From an uncultured Gammaproteobacteria bacterium (lineage in GTDB: Bacteria > Pseudomonadota > Gammaproteobacteria > UBA9214): 64,000 nt of DNA. Made by a program: the position numbers and the translations under genes. The notes under the pieces were generated by a model, which searched no databases, had not been told where the DNA came from, and saw nothing but the letters and a program-made list of their open reading frames with translations. The stretch lies in contig CAWHCQ010000014.1 in NCBI GenBank assembly GCA_963827755.1, positions 32,001-96,000 of the forward strand, written 5' to 3'. Of the stretch, positions 53,455 through 63,717 are shown piece after piece (the first letter of the stretch is position 1; each line of letters starts with the position of its first letter).

Positions 53455-54363
53455 ATGGCAGAATCCGTAAAAACAGTACTGGTCCTGGGCTATGGTGAAA
53501 TGGGTCACGCCATGCAGGTGCTGTTAAGCGACCGACACGATTTGTATCTCTGGGACAAGTTCCCGTCTGCGGGCATGAAAAATGTGGTGCTGGAGGACGC
53601 TGCACCACGGGCGGATTTCATAATATTCTGCCTGCCTGTGAATCCTCACCGTGAAGTGGCGGAATTGATTGTGCCGTTGCTCGGGCCGGATTGCATCTGC
53701 ATCAGTATTGCCAAGGGGCTGGATGAAGCGGGTCAGACAGCTGCGCAGATTTTCGACGGGGTATTCGGTGCTGCAAGTATCGATTATGCGCTGTTGTACG
53801 GGCCGATGATTTCGGAGGAGCTTCGCGCCGGCCGCTACGGTTTTGCCCAGCTTGCATGCTCTGCGCAAGCAGCCTGTGCACGTATCCGGGATCTGTTCTC
53901 AGGTAGTTCTTTGCTGATCGCGCCGTGCGCTGATATGGCGGGTATCAGCTGGTCGGTCATTCTGAAGAATGTTTACGCGATTATCTTCGGTATCGCCGAT
54001 GGGCTCCGCATGGGCGATAATATGCGTGGTTTCCTGATGGCAGCATCATTAAGCGAACTGGAGGCCATCGTTCGCAGTATGGGAGGGGGTGCACAAACCG
54101 CATATTCTCTTGCAGGGCTAGGCGACCTGATGGCCACGGCTACCAGTGCTGACTCTCATCACCATGAACTGGGGCACAGGCTGGCGCGTGGCGAAACAGA
54201 TAATATCTCGGGCGAGGGAATCCATACCCTGCGAATGATCGAGCAACACGGCTTGTTCGAGTGGCACAGGTACCCCCTGTTCACCCTGATAAAGCAACTG
54301 GTTAGCGACCCCCGTTCAGCTGAAAGCGATATTCTTGAGTTTGCAAAACAAAACCTGCATTAA
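53455..54363 (+). CDS. NAD(P)H-dependent glycerol-3-phosphate dehydrogenase-like protein (divergent)
   Basis: LGYGEMG, IAKGL, GP, LKNVYAI, GLGDLMAT. Confidence 0.8.
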   Translation: MAESVKTVLVLGYGEMGHAMQVLLSDRHDLYLWDKFPSAGMKNVVLEDAAPRADFIIFCLPVNPHREVAELIVPLLGPDCICISIAKGLDEAGQTAAQIFDGVFGAASIDYALLYGPMISEELRAGRYGFAQLACSAQAACARIRDLFSGSSLLIAPCADMAGISWSVILKNVYAIIFGIADGLRMGDNMRGFLMAASLSELEAIVRSMGGGAQTAYSLAGLGDLMATATSADSHHHELGHRLARGETDNISGEGIHTLRMIEQHGLFEWHRYPLFTLIKQLVSDPRSAESDILEFAKQNLH

Positions 54364-54407
54364 AAGCAGACGGTCTCACCTGTTTCCTGACCCAAACCCT
54401 GTTTACC

Positions 54408-54421
54408 TTGATCTGCATCAA
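54408..54421. promoter_or_regulatory. FNR box upstream of hemN-like gene
   Basis: Perfect TTGAT-CTGC-ATCAA. Confidence 0.85.
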
Positions 54422-54513
54422 TTTTATTATGACCGAAATGCGTGAGAATACCCCTCGCTTGAGTGGTAACTGCCCGGCTACACACGGGGAAAAACAGGTA
54501 TTTACATGCGCAT

Positions 54514-55899
54514 ATGACCCAGGGTGTGGATTTTGATGTCGATTTGATCAGGCGCTACGCTACAAGTGGGCCTTGTTATACCTCCTATCCTGCGGTCAAC
54601 CGCTTTCAGGGCGATATCACGGAAGATGATTACCGCAAATGGGCAAGGAGAAGCAACGAAGACCCGATCCCCCGACCATTGTCGTTGTATGTCCATATCC
54701 CGTTCTGCGATAGCCGCTGTTTCTTCTGTGCAGCTAACACGTTAGTTACAAAGGATCATTCAAAGGTAGCTGTATACCTGGAACACCTCGGCAAGGAAGC
54801 TGCGATGCAGGGTGCCTTGTTTGACAAGGACCGCATTGTTGAACAACTCCATTGGGGCGGTGGCACGCCGACATTTCTTGCGACCGATGAAATTCGCAAG
54901 CTGATGGCGGTTATACGCCGCCGTTTTTCATTGCGCACGGATGACGGGGGCGATTATTCAGTTGAAATTGACTGGCATTCTGCAGACTACAGCAAGCTGC
55001 ATGTCTTGCGCGAGGTGGGTTTTAACCAGGTGAGTCTCGGTGTGCAGGATATTACTTCCCGTGTGCAGCAGGCGGTAAACAATGACCGGGTTCTGGAGGT
55101 GACACGGGAAATCTCGAATACAACCAGGGAGCTGGGCTTTAACTCTATAAAGATGGAGCTCGTGTACGGGTTGCCGTACCAGACCGTGGAAAATTTCGAA
55201 AAGACCCTGCAAGCCGTTACTGAAATGCGGCCGAACCGTCTGGCGGTCTATGATTATGCGCATATGCCGGAACACTTCAAGCCACAACAACCCGTTAATG
55301 AGGCTGACCTGCCCGGTGCAGATGAGAAGCTGGGTATCCTGCAGCGCACCATTGATCACCTGGTCGGGGCCGGTTATGTGTACGTCGGTATGGACCACTT
55401 TGCCAGGCCGGATGATGAGTTGGCACGGGCGCAGCGTGCAGGCAATCTGCACCGCAACTTTCAGGGCTACTCAACCCTGCCGGATTATGACCTCATTGGC
55501 CTTGGTGTTTCTGCAATCAGCAAGGTTTGTGACAACTACAGCCAGAACACAAGCGAACTGGACGAGTACTACGAGAGGATAGATGCTGGAAAATTCGCAC
55601 TGGAGCGCGGAGTCGAGCTGGAGCCTGATGATTTGCTGCGCGCTGAAATAATCAACCGCTTGATCTGCCATTATGTTGTTGATATCGAGATACTTGAAAA
55701 GAAGCGGCAGTTCAGCTTTGCCAGGCATTTCAGGCCAGAGATACAGGCCTTGATGAAAATGCAGAATGATGGCCTGTTGACGCTGGACAGGAAGTCGCTC
55801 CAGGTCCTGCCGGCCGGCCGGTTGCTGGTAAGGCATATCTGCATGATTTTTGACCGCTATCTGCATGCCGGCAGCGCGGGTCTTTCACGAGTGATCTGA
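54514..55899 (+). CDS. hemN: Oxygen-independent coproporphyrinogen III oxidase-like radical SAM protein
   Basis: YTSYP, YVHIPFCDSRCFFC, HWGGGTPT, GMDHFA, HRNFQGYST; start chosen at ATG 54514. Confidence 0.85.
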   Translation: MTQGVDFDVDLIRRYATSGPCYTSYPAVNRFQGDITEDDYRKWARRSNEDPIPRPLSLYVHIPFCDSRCFFCAANTLVTKDHSKVAVYLEHLGKEAAMQGALFDKDRIVEQLHWGGGTPTFLATDEIRKLMAVIRRRFSLRTDDGGDYSVEIDWHSADYSKLHVLREVGFNQVSLGVQDITSRVQQAVNNDRVLEVTREISNTTRELGFNSIKMELVYGLPYQTVENFEKTLQAVTEMRPNRLAVYDYAHMPEHFKPQQPVNEADLPGADEKLGILQRTIDHLVGAGYVYVGMDHFARPDDELARAQRAGNLHRNFQGYSTLPDYDLIGLGVSAISKVCDNYSQNTSELDEYYERIDAGKFALERGVELEPDDLLRAEIINRLICHYVVDIEILEKKRQFSFARHFRPEIQALMKMQNDGLLTLDRKSLQVLPAGRLLVRHICMIFDRYLHAGSAGLSRVI

Positions 55900-55909
55900 T
55901 TTTGGGGGC

Positions 55910-56665
55910 TTACGCTGACTCGGAAATATTCCCGCGGCAGCCGTTAACGATTGATTTCAGTCTCGCATAGTCAGTAATCCTGATCTGCTTGCGATTGACC
56001 GTCAGCAGCTTGTCTTCCTGAAAATGTGCAAACAGGCGGCTGACTGTTTCGATGGCAAGGCCCAGGTAGTTGCCGATATCCTGTCGTGACATTGGCAGGT
56101 TAAACTCGCTGGCTGACAGGCCGCGTTCCCGGTAGCGTGAGGACAGGCTGAGCAGGAATGATGCGAGCCGTTCCTCCGCATTACGCTGCCCGAGCAGCAT
56201 CAGCAATTGCTGGTCAGACGTAATTTCCTTGCCGACCAGGCGCAACATTTGTTTCTGCAGGCCTGGCAGGCTATGGCACAGTTCTTCCAGCCGATTGAAT
56301 GGAAGTTCGCAGATGCTGGATGTTTCGAGTGCGACGGTTGTACTTGAGAAATTATCGCCTGCGAGGCCATCAAGGCCGACCAGTTCACCGGGGAGCGCGA
56401 ATCCCAGTACCTGTTCATCGCCATCGGCTGTAATGCAATAGGATTTCAGTGCGCCTGACCTGACGGCAAAGATTGAACTGCTCTTGTCACCGGCATGAAA
56501 AAGGTGTTGCCCGGGCTGGTAGGGTTGCAGTCGTTTTATGATCCTGTCCAGCTGGCTGACTTCCTCTGATTGCAAGCCATGCGGCATGCACAGGTCTGCC
56601 AGGCTGCAGGTCTGGCAGGAGGTCTTGATTGTCTCGATCTTGAGTATTTTTTCTTTTTCCGGCAT
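55910..56665 (-). CDS. fnr: FNR oxygen-sensing regulator
   Basis: CQTCSLADLC, ICE, MSRQDIGNYLGLAIETVSR. Confidence 0.95.
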   Translation of the reverse strand: MPEKEKILKIETIKTSCQTCSLADLCMPHGLQSEEVSQLDRIIKRLQPYQPGQHLFHAGDKSSSIFAVRSGALKSYCITADGDEQVLGFALPGELVGLDGLAGDNFSSTTVALETSSICELPFNRLEELCHSLPGLQKQMLRLVGKEITSDQQLLMLLGQRNAEERLASFLLSLSSRYRERGLSASEFNLPMSRQDIGNYLGLAIETVSRLFAHFQEDKLLTVNRKQIRITDYARLKSIVNGCRGNISESA

Positions 56666-56786
56666 GCGGATATTCCAGCTCCCTGTATTTCCCGCGACCT
56701 CGGCAGCAGCCCTGGTCGCGTGAGATTTTTAGCGGAATCTGAATACACTCCCCAGGTTAAGCCTGATCCTGAAAAATGTCGGCTTG

Positions 56787-56800
56787 TTGATCCAGATCAA
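56787..56800. promoter_or_regulatory. FNR box upstream of fnr (autoregulation)
   Basis: Perfect TTGAT-CCAG-ATCAA. Confidence 0.8.
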
Positions 56801-57066
56801 TACCGCTGGCCACCAGATGATGCAAAGTTTAAACCGATGCTATTGTCATTATAGATAGTAATCAGCGCGAATTTTGGTCTACACAACGTGGTCAAGTATG
56901 ACCGTTGTCGTGTTGGCCTGTGTCAGGTTTTCCCCGTTCCGATAATGCGCAGACAAAATCCAGTATACCTTCGTGTACTGTTCTATAAAAGTCAAAACTT
57001 CAGTATATTCATGGGATTTCCCGGGTCAGCGGGCTGTCTTGTTGTTGTCTGCGCTGATTCGGGACG

Positions 57067-57264
57067 TCAGGATGAATCCTTGCCGGGATCATCTGTGTTA
57101 TTTTCAGCGGGCTTCGTCTCCGGAGAATCATCATCCATCAGAATCTGGTGGGCCGGGCCTTCAAGGTCGTCAAACTGGCCGTTTTGAATTGCCCAGACGA
57201 AGACCCACACGATTACACCGACCAGCACCAGTGACAGCGGGATCAACAGGTAGATTATTTCCAT
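57067..57264 (-). CDS. ccoS: cbb3 oxidase assembly protein CcoS
   Basis: MEIIYLLIPLSL...WAIQNGQFDDLEGPA. Confidence 0.93.
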   Translation of the reverse strand: MEIIYLLIPLSLVLVGVIVWVFVWAIQNGQFDDLEGPAHQILMDDDSPETKPAENNTDDPGKDSS

Positions 57265-59807
57265 TAGCCACTCCTGCGTGTCAGGCGTAGTGCGTTCAGT
57301 ACTACCAGGAGTGAACTCGATGACATGCCAACCGCTGCCAGCCAGGGGGCGACGAGGCCGAGTACGGCAGCGGGCAGGGCAATAAGGTTGTAGGTAACTG
57401 CCCATGCAAGGTTCTGGCGGATGACACGCAGGGTGCGCTGCGCCAGATGCAGCCCCTCCGGGAGTGCGGTAAGCCTGTTTGACAACAGGATCATGTCGGC
57501 GCTGGCCTGGCTGATCTGTGCCGCACCCTGCATGGCAATCGAGACATCGGCTGCGGCCAGTACCGGTGCGTCATTGATTCCATCCCCGACCATGATGACA
57601 CTGTTACCCTGCTGCTGCAGTTTTTGCAACTCGTGCAGTTTCTCCGCTGGACCCAGGTCGGCAAAGACAGTATCAATACCAACCTGTTTCGCCACTGCCT
57701 GTGCGGCGCTGAGGTTGTCGCCGCTCATCAGGACGGTCTTTCTCCCGGCCTGCTGCAGTGCCTGGACGGTGGCGCGTGCGTCAGGGCGTATTTCATCCTG
57801 CAAGGAAAAGCGCGCATGGACATGATCTTTATCAGCCAGAAAGATTTGTGTGTATTCGCCTGCTGTAGCCGGTTCACTATGTGACGTACAGTGTGCCTGT
57901 ACGAATGCGGCATTGCCAATATACCAGCTGTTGCCATCGATCTTGCCACTGATGCCTGCACCGGGATAATTGTGAATATCCTCTGCGCTGAACGGGGTGT
58001 TGCCTGCGCGCCTGATAATGGCCCGGGCTGCGGCATGTTCCGAATGTAATTCCAGTGCCGCTGCAACCTGCAGCAGGGTGGCTTCATCCAGCGGAGATTC
58101 AAGCTGCATGTCGACCAGTACAGGCATCCCGACTGTCAGCGTACCGGTCTTGTCAAACACGACATGGGTGGCACGCGCGAGTGTTTCCAGGCGGGCACTG
58201 CCGGTGGCAAGCAGTCCCTGCGCCAGCAAGGTGCCGGTTGCAGCGCTTATCGCGGTCGGTGTGGCGAGTGACAGGGCGCATGGACAGGTCACTACCAGCA
58301 CGGACACCAGTATCGGCAGCCAGTTCTCAGGGCTGTGTTGCCACCAGTACAGGCCTGCGGCACTGGCGAGCAGCAGCACGCCAACCACGAAGACGGCCGC
58401 AACCCGGTCGGCGAGCTGCGTGATGGCGGGTTTTTCCTGCTGCGCACGCTCCAGCAGGCGGGTAATTTCGGCAAGTACGGTATCGAGACCGGTCTTTTCA
58501 ACCCGCATGACGAGCGCACTGTCCATGTTGATACTGCCGCCGATCAGTCTTGCCCCGGGCGATTTCAGTAACGGGGTGCTTTCACCGCTCAACAGGGCCT
58601 CGCTGACACCGGAAGTGCCGGATTCAACGGTCCCGTCCGCGGGTACGGAGGCGCCCGGCTTGATCAGTACCCTGTCACCGGGTTGCAGGTCTGCGGCCGG
58701 GATGATTTCTTGCCTGGTTTTATCACTTCCGGCGCCCAGGCGGGTTGCCATGGCAGGCATCGCCTGGGCAAGGTTTTCGGCGGTTTCGGCGCCGCGCTTG
58801 CGCGCCACCATTTCGAAATACCGGCTGACCAGCAGGAAGAATACAAACATTACGACCGAGTCGTAGTAGACCTCACCCTGGCCGGTCAGCGTCGCGTGGA
58901 GGCTGCCGCCAAAGGCCACCAGTATGCCAAGCGATACCGGAACATCCATGCCAACGCTTTTGTTTTTCAGGTCGCGCCAGGCGCCGAGCAGGAACGGAGC
59001 TCCCGAGTAGAGCAGCACCGGTGTCGTCAGCAGCAGGCCGACCCAGCGGAACAGGTCTCTGAATCCCTCCTCGATGCCGGTCCAGTCGCCCATGTAGAGT
59101 GCAAGCGACAGCACCATCACCTGCATGCCGAGTACGCCGGTGATGCCGATACGGCGCAGCTGGGAACGGCGTTCACGTTCGCGCGCCTGCTGTTGCTGTG
59201 CAGGGTCGTACGGATGTGCCGTGTAGCCGATATTATGAATTGCCTGCAGTATTGCACTGAGCTTGATGCGCGTGTCGTCCCAGCGGATGCGTGCACGGTG
59301 GGTCGCGTAATTGATCTGCACGTCGAGCACGCCGGGCTGGCGGCTGATATGGCGCTCGTTCAGCCAGATGCAGGCTGCGCACGCGATACCTTCAAGGATC
59401 AGCGAGGCCTCGTGTTCGTGTGCGCCGGTACTGCGCACGAAGGTCTTCTGGATTTCCGGGTGATCATAGACCTCTGTCTGCTGAATGAACTCGGGTATAA
59501 CGACTTCGCCGGTGGGGGAGTGCTGCGTGCGATGCCGGTAGAAATCGGCATGTCCAGCAGCCACGATGGCCTGCGCCACGGCCTGGCAGCCGTAGCAGCA
59601 CATTGGTTGTGCGACATCATTGATGGTCACATGGAGTTCTATTCCTGCCGGTACAGGCAGACCGCAGTGGAAACAGGCCAGGGGCTGTGCAGGCGCATCG
59701 GCTTGTCCGCTTGAATCAATGGCAGGCTTTGCTTGGGGCACGTGTCGTCCGGAATCCAGGGTGTTCGAGGTAAGAGGGATGGGGTAAGCGTACTTGAACC
59801 CTCCCAT
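57264..59807 (-). CDS. ccoI: Copper P1B-type ATPase CcoI/FixI (start may be GTG at 59741)
   Basis: CFHCG, CCYGC, CAAC, CPCALSLATP, DKTGT, GDGINDAP; precedes ccoS. Confidence 0.93.
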   Translation of the reverse strand: MGGFKYAYPIPLTSNTLDSGRHVPQAKPAIDSSGQADAPAQPLACFHCGLPVPAGIELHVTINDVAQPMCCYGCQAVAQAIVAAGHADFYRHRTQHSPTGEVVIPEFIQQTEVYDHPEIQKTFVRSTGAHEHEASLILEGIACAACIWLNERHISRQPGVLDVQINYATHRARIRWDDTRIKLSAILQAIHNIGYTAHPYDPAQQQQARERERRSQLRRIGITGVLGMQVMVLSLALYMGDWTGIEEGFRDLFRWVGLLLTTPVLLYSGAPFLLGAWRDLKNKSVGMDVPVSLGILVAFGGSLHATLTGQGEVYYDSVVMFVFFLLVSRYFEMVARKRGAETAENLAQAMPAMATRLGAGSDKTRQEIIPAADLQPGDRVLIKPGASVPADGTVESGTSGVSEALLSGESTPLLKSPGARLIGGSINMDSALVMRVEKTGLDTVLAEITRLLERAQQEKPAITQLADRVAAVFVVGVLLLASAAGLYWWQHSPENWLPILVSVLVVTCPCALSLATPTAISAATGTLLAQGLLATGSARLETLARATHVVFDKTGTLTVGMPVLVDMQLESPLDEATLLQVAAALELHSEHAAARAIIRRAGNTPFSAEDIHNYPGAGISGKIDGNSWYIGNAAFVQAHCTSHSEPATAGEYTQIFLADKDHVHARFSLQDEIRPDARATVQALQQAGRKTVLMSGDNLSAAQAVAKQVGIDTVFADLGPAEKLHELQKLQQQGNSVIMVGDGINDAPVLAAADVSIAMQGAAQISQASADMILLSNRLTALPEGLHLAQRTLRVIRQNLAWAVTYNLIALPAAVLGLVAPWLAAVGMSSSSLLVVLNALRLTRRSG

Positions 59808-59840
59808 TGTATATATGCCTGATTATTATTTACTAATGAA

Positions 59841-59854
59841 TTGATATAGATCAA
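59841..59854. promoter_or_regulatory. FNR box between ccoI and ompW
   Basis: Perfect TTGAT-ATAG-ATCAA inside the longer palindrome GAATTGAT...ATCAATTC. Confidence 0.88.
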
Positions 59855-59955
59855 TTCGTTCAAAACGGGCTTTGCTAATAATTCGTCTGTTCTGACCAAG
59901 CCTCCCTGCGCCAGCAGGCATTTGTCCAAGACATTGACACTACAGGAGAAAAACC

Positions 59956-60629
59956 ATGGATCAACGTTTCACACGTAAATTGCTCGGCAGTGCGCTGGCT
60001 ACCATTACAGCGCTGGGCATGGCAAGCGCCTCAGCCTACGAGGCGGGTGACCTGATCGTTCGTGCCGGTGCCGCCGGGGTGTTTCCGACCGGTGAATCGG
60101 ATGACATTGATCGGTCTTGCACCGGGTGCCAAGGTCGAGGCCGATGATGGCTGGAGCCTGGGCCTGACCGGTACCTACATGGTCGGCAACAACCTCGGTG
60201 TCGGTCTGCTCGCCGCATGGCCGTTCACGCACGACGTTGACGCTACCGGGACCCTTCCTGCCCAGGGTTTCCCTGGGACTGTCGCCGAGATCAAGCACCT
60301 GCCACCGACGCTGACGCTGCAGTATCACTTCAACACGGGCTCGATGTGGCATCCCTACGTGGGTGCCGGTATCAACTACACGACCTTCTTCAGTGAAGAC
60401 ACCAAGGGGGCACTGAAAAACGCAGGGTTTCGTGACATCGAACTGGATGATTCCTGGGGTCTGGCGGTCGAGGCCGGTGTTGATTATGAGCTTGAAAACA
60501 ACTGGCTGGTGAGTGCCCAGCTCTGGTATGTCGATATCGACACGGAGGCCAACGTGACGGGCCTTGACAAGCTTTGATGTTGAAATCGATCCCTGGGTTT
60601 TCATGGTGGGTGTTGGCAAGAAGTTCTGA
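59956..60629 (+). CDS. ompW: Outer-membrane protein OmpW (two apparent frameshifts)
   Basis: AYEAGDLIVRAG, LAAWPFTHD, KHLPPTLTLQY, PYVGAGINYT, IDPWVFMVGVGKKF*. Confidence 0.9.
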
Positions 60630-60724
60630 TCAGCGGCTTGAATAAGGTCAAGGCGTGACGGATACTGACCGTGTACAGCCGGTCTGTACACGGTCACAAC
60701 ATTCAGTTCAAGGGAGCCTCTCCT

Positions 60725-61327
60725 ATGGTGCTAAAACACATCTGGGGTCTGTTCGTTAACCCCAAACGCGAGTGGGCAGCCATTCGCGATGACGACTGCA
60801 CGCTTGGCAAGTGTTACGCCGCTCACGTGATGCTGCTGGCCGCGATTCCTGCGATCTCCGGATTTATCGGCACCACGCAGTTCGGCTGGCAGATTGGTGC
60901 CGGTGATCCTGTCAAGTTGACGCTGGAAAGTGCCGGGCTGATTTCCGTACTCTATTATCTTGCCATGCTGGTCGGTGTCTATGCGATCGGCTGGATGATT
61001 CACTGGATGGGCTCGACCTATGGCGCCAATGTGCCGCTGTCGCAATGCGTGGTGCTGGCAGCCTATACCGCCACACCGCTGTTTCTCATCGGCATCATGG
61101 AACTCTACCCGGTACTGTGGGTGAACCTGGTTCTGGGTATTGTGGCACTGTCATACACCGTTTACCTGCTTTACAGCGGGGTGCCGATCATGATGGGCAT
61201 CACCGAGGATCGCGGCTTCCTGTTTTCCAGTGCCGTACTTGCCGTTGGGCTGGTGGCGTTCGTCGCACTGCTGGCGGTAACCGCCATCCTCTGGGGGATG
61301 GGCATGGAGCCGCAGTTCACGCGCTAG
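60725..61327 (+). CDS. Yip1/DUF1282 family membrane protein
   Basis: HIWGLFVNPKREW, AYTATPLF, YLLYSGVPIMM. Confidence 0.88.
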   Translation: MVLKHIWGLFVNPKREWAAIRDDDCTLGKCYAAHVMLLAAIPAISGFIGTTQFGWQIGAGDPVKLTLESAGLISVLYYLAMLVGVYAIGWMIHWMGSTYGANVPLSQCVVLAAYTATPLFLIGIMELYPVLWVNLVLGIVALSYTVYLLYSGVPIMMGITEDRGFLFSSAVLAVGLVAFVALLAVTAILWGMGMEPQFTR

Positions 61328-61483
61328 TCTGAGGTGGAGTGCGCAGGCAGGTTCCGGGCGCTGTAAATCTGCTTCGAATCACCTGGAAAGTGGTTTTTTA
61401 TATCCTGTTTTTTATCGATATTATATATATTAATGAAACAGATACAGAATATTTTTCATCTCAAATCAAGCAGGGAGGTCGGC

Positions 61484-62905
61484 ATGACCGATCAGCAAAC
61501 ATACAATTATAAAGTGGTCCGGCAGTTTGCGATCATGGCCATTGTGTGGGCAATCGTCGGTATGGCCGTGGGCGTACTTATTGCCGCGCAGCTGGCCTGG
61601 CCGGCATTGAATTTCGACATTCCATGGCTGACCTTCGGCCGTCTCCGGCCGCTGCACACCAATGCGGTCATTTTTGCCTTCGGCGGCAGCGCCTTGTTTG
61701 CCACCTCCTACTATGTCGTGCAGCGCACCTGCCACGTGCGCCTGATCTTTGACAAGCTGGCGGCATTCACCTTCTGGGGCTGGCAGCTGATCATCGTCGC
61801 CGCGGCCATCACCCTGCCGCTGGGGATTACCCAGAGCAAGGAATACGCCGAGCTGGAATGGCCGATCGATATCCTCATTACACTGGTCTGGGTGGCCTAC
61901 GCCGTGGTGTTCTTCGGAACCATCATGAAACGCCGCATACCGCATATCTACGTGGCCAACTGGTTTTATGGCGCCTTTATTATCACCGTCGCGATACTGC
62001 ATATATTCAATAGTGCGGTTGTACCGATCACCTTGTTTAAATCCTACTCCGCCTATGCCGGGGTACAGGATGCCATGATTCAATGGTGGTACGGACATAA
62101 CGCCGTCGGCTTCTTTCTGACGGCCGGCTTCCTTGGCATGATGTATTATTTCGTACCGAAACAGGCGGGTCGCCCGGTGTATTCCTACCGCCTCTCGGTG
62201 GTGCATTTCTGGGCACTGATCTTCACTTACATCTGGGCGGGCCCGCACCACTTGCACTACACGGCCCTGCCGGAATGGGCCCAGTCGCTCGGCATGGTGA
62301 TGTCACTGATCCTGCTGGCACCGAGCTGGGGCGGCATGATCAACGGCATCATGACCCTGTCGGGTGCCTGGGAGAAACTGCGCACCGACCCGGTGCTGCG
62401 CCTGCTGATCGTGTCGATTTCGTTCTACGGCATGTCCACCTTCGAAGGGCCGATGATGGCCATCAAGACGGTGAACGCACTGTCGCACTATACCGACTGG
62501 ACCATCGGCCACGTGCATTCCGGTGCCCTCGGCTGGGTGGCGCTGGTATCCATGGGCAGTCTCTATTACCTGATCCCGCGCCTGTTCGGGCGCAAGCTGT
62601 ACAGCCTGAAGCTGGTGGAGGTGCATTTCTGGACCTCGACGATCGGTATCGTGTTGTACATCACCTCGATGTGGGTGGCCGGCATCATGCAGGGCCTGAT
62701 GTGGCGCGCCACCAATGCCGACGGCACCCTGACCTACAGCTTCGTGGAATCGGTGCAGGCCATGCATCCGTATTACATCGTGCGCTTCCTGGGTGGCGCG
62801 TTCTTCCTGTTCGGCACCCTGGTGATGGCCTGGAACATCTGGCGAACCATCGCCGGTGCGAAACCGGCCACGGGTACCATCCCTGTGCCCGCCGCGGCCC
62901 ATTGA
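61484..62905 (+). CDS. ccoN: cbb3-type cytochrome c oxidase subunit I
   Basis: [41 protein letters not shown]. Confidence 0.98.
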   Translation: MTDQQTYNYKVVRQFAIMAIVWAIVGMAVGVLIAAQLAWPALNFDIPWLTFGRLRPLHTNAVIFAFGGSALFATSYYVVQRTCHVRLIFDKLAAFTFWGWQLIIVAAAITLPLGITQSKEYAELEWPIDILITLVWVAYAVVFFGTIMKRRIPHIYVANWFYGAFIITVAILHIFNSAVVPITLFKSYSAYAGVQDAMIQWWYGHNAVGFFLTAGFLGMMYYFVPKQAGRPVYSYRLSVVHFWALIFTYIWAGPHHLHYTALPEWAQSLGMVMSLILLAPSWGGMINGIMTLSGAWEKLRTDPVLRLLIVSISFYGMSTFEGPMMAIKTVNALSHYTDWTIGHVHSGALGWVALVSMGSLYYLIPRLFGRKLYSLKLVEVHFWTSTIGIVLYITSMWVAGIMQGLMWRATNADGTLTYSFVESVQAMHPYYIVRFLGGAFFLFGTLVMAWNIWRTIAGAKPATGTIPVPAAAH

Positions 62906-62915
62906 GGAGAAGATC

Positions 62916-63530
62916 ATGGCGAGTGGACATGAGAAAGTAGAAAAAAACATCGGCTTGATGATCATTCTGATCATCATCGTCGTGTCTATCGGTGGCCTGG
63001 TGCAGATCGTGCCATTGTTTTTCCAGCAGTCCACGACGGAGGCCGTCGCCGGGCTGAAACCGTATTCGGCGTTACGTCTTGCCGGGCGTGATGTCTATAT
63101 CCGCGAGGGCTGTTACCTGTGCCATTCGCAGATGATTCGTCCGTTCCGCGCCGAGACCGAGCGCTACGGGCACTACTCGGTGGCCGGCGAGTTCGTCTAC
63201 GACCGGCCATTCCAGTGGGGTTCGAAGCGCACCGGTCCTGACCTGCACCGTGTCGGCGGGCGCTACAGCGATGAGTGGCACCGGGTGCACCTGGTGAATC
63301 CGCGTGACGTGGTGCCCGAGTCGATCATGCCGGGCTACCCGTGGCTGGAGGAAACAGCCGCCGATGCCTCTGCCATCAGCAAGAAGATGGAAGTGCTGCG
63401 CCTGCTGGGTGCGCCTTATAGCGATGCTGAAATAGAAAACGCGCCAGCAGCACTGCAGGGCAAGACCGAAATGGATGCCCTGATTGCCTATTTGCAAGAA
63501 CTGGGTACCGCGATCAAGGTGCGGAGATAA
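62916..63530 (+). CDS. ccoO: cbb3-type oxidase subunit II
   Basis: [24 protein letters not shown]. Confidence 0.97.
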   Translation: MASGHEKVEKNIGLMIILIIIVVSIGGLVQIVPLFFQQSTTEAVAGLKPYSALRLAGRDVYIREGCYLCHSQMIRPFRAETERYGHYSVAGEFVYDRPFQWGSKRTGPDLHRVGGRYSDEWHRVHLVNPRDVVPESIMPGYPWLEETAADASAISKKMEVLRLLGAPYSDAEIENAPAALQGKTEMDALIAYLQELGTAIKVRR

Positions 63531-63534
63531 CGGC

Positions 63535-63717
63535 ATGGATTATTCAATCATCCAGTCGGTGTGGACCATCGTGGTCCTGGTGCTGTTTGTCGGGATCGTT
63601 GTGTGGGCCTGGAGCGGCAAGCGCAAGCAACGTTTTGACGAGGCAGCGAATATCCCCTTCGATGAGGATGACAGCTTGCCTGAAGATAATACTTCCAAGG
63701 AGAACTCCCATGGCTGA
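63535..63717 (+). CDS. ccoQ: cbb3-type oxidase subunit CcoQ
   Basis: FVGIVVWAWS...FDEAANIPF. Confidence 0.92.
   Translation: MDYSIIQSVWTIVVLVLFVGIVVWAWSGKRKQRFDEAANIPFDEDDSLPEDNTSKENSHG

Noticed and set aside
56810-57060. AT-richer gap between fnr and ccoS as an sRNA or small ORF
   Set aside because: No convincing RBS, terminator or structure; consistent with the fnr promoter region.
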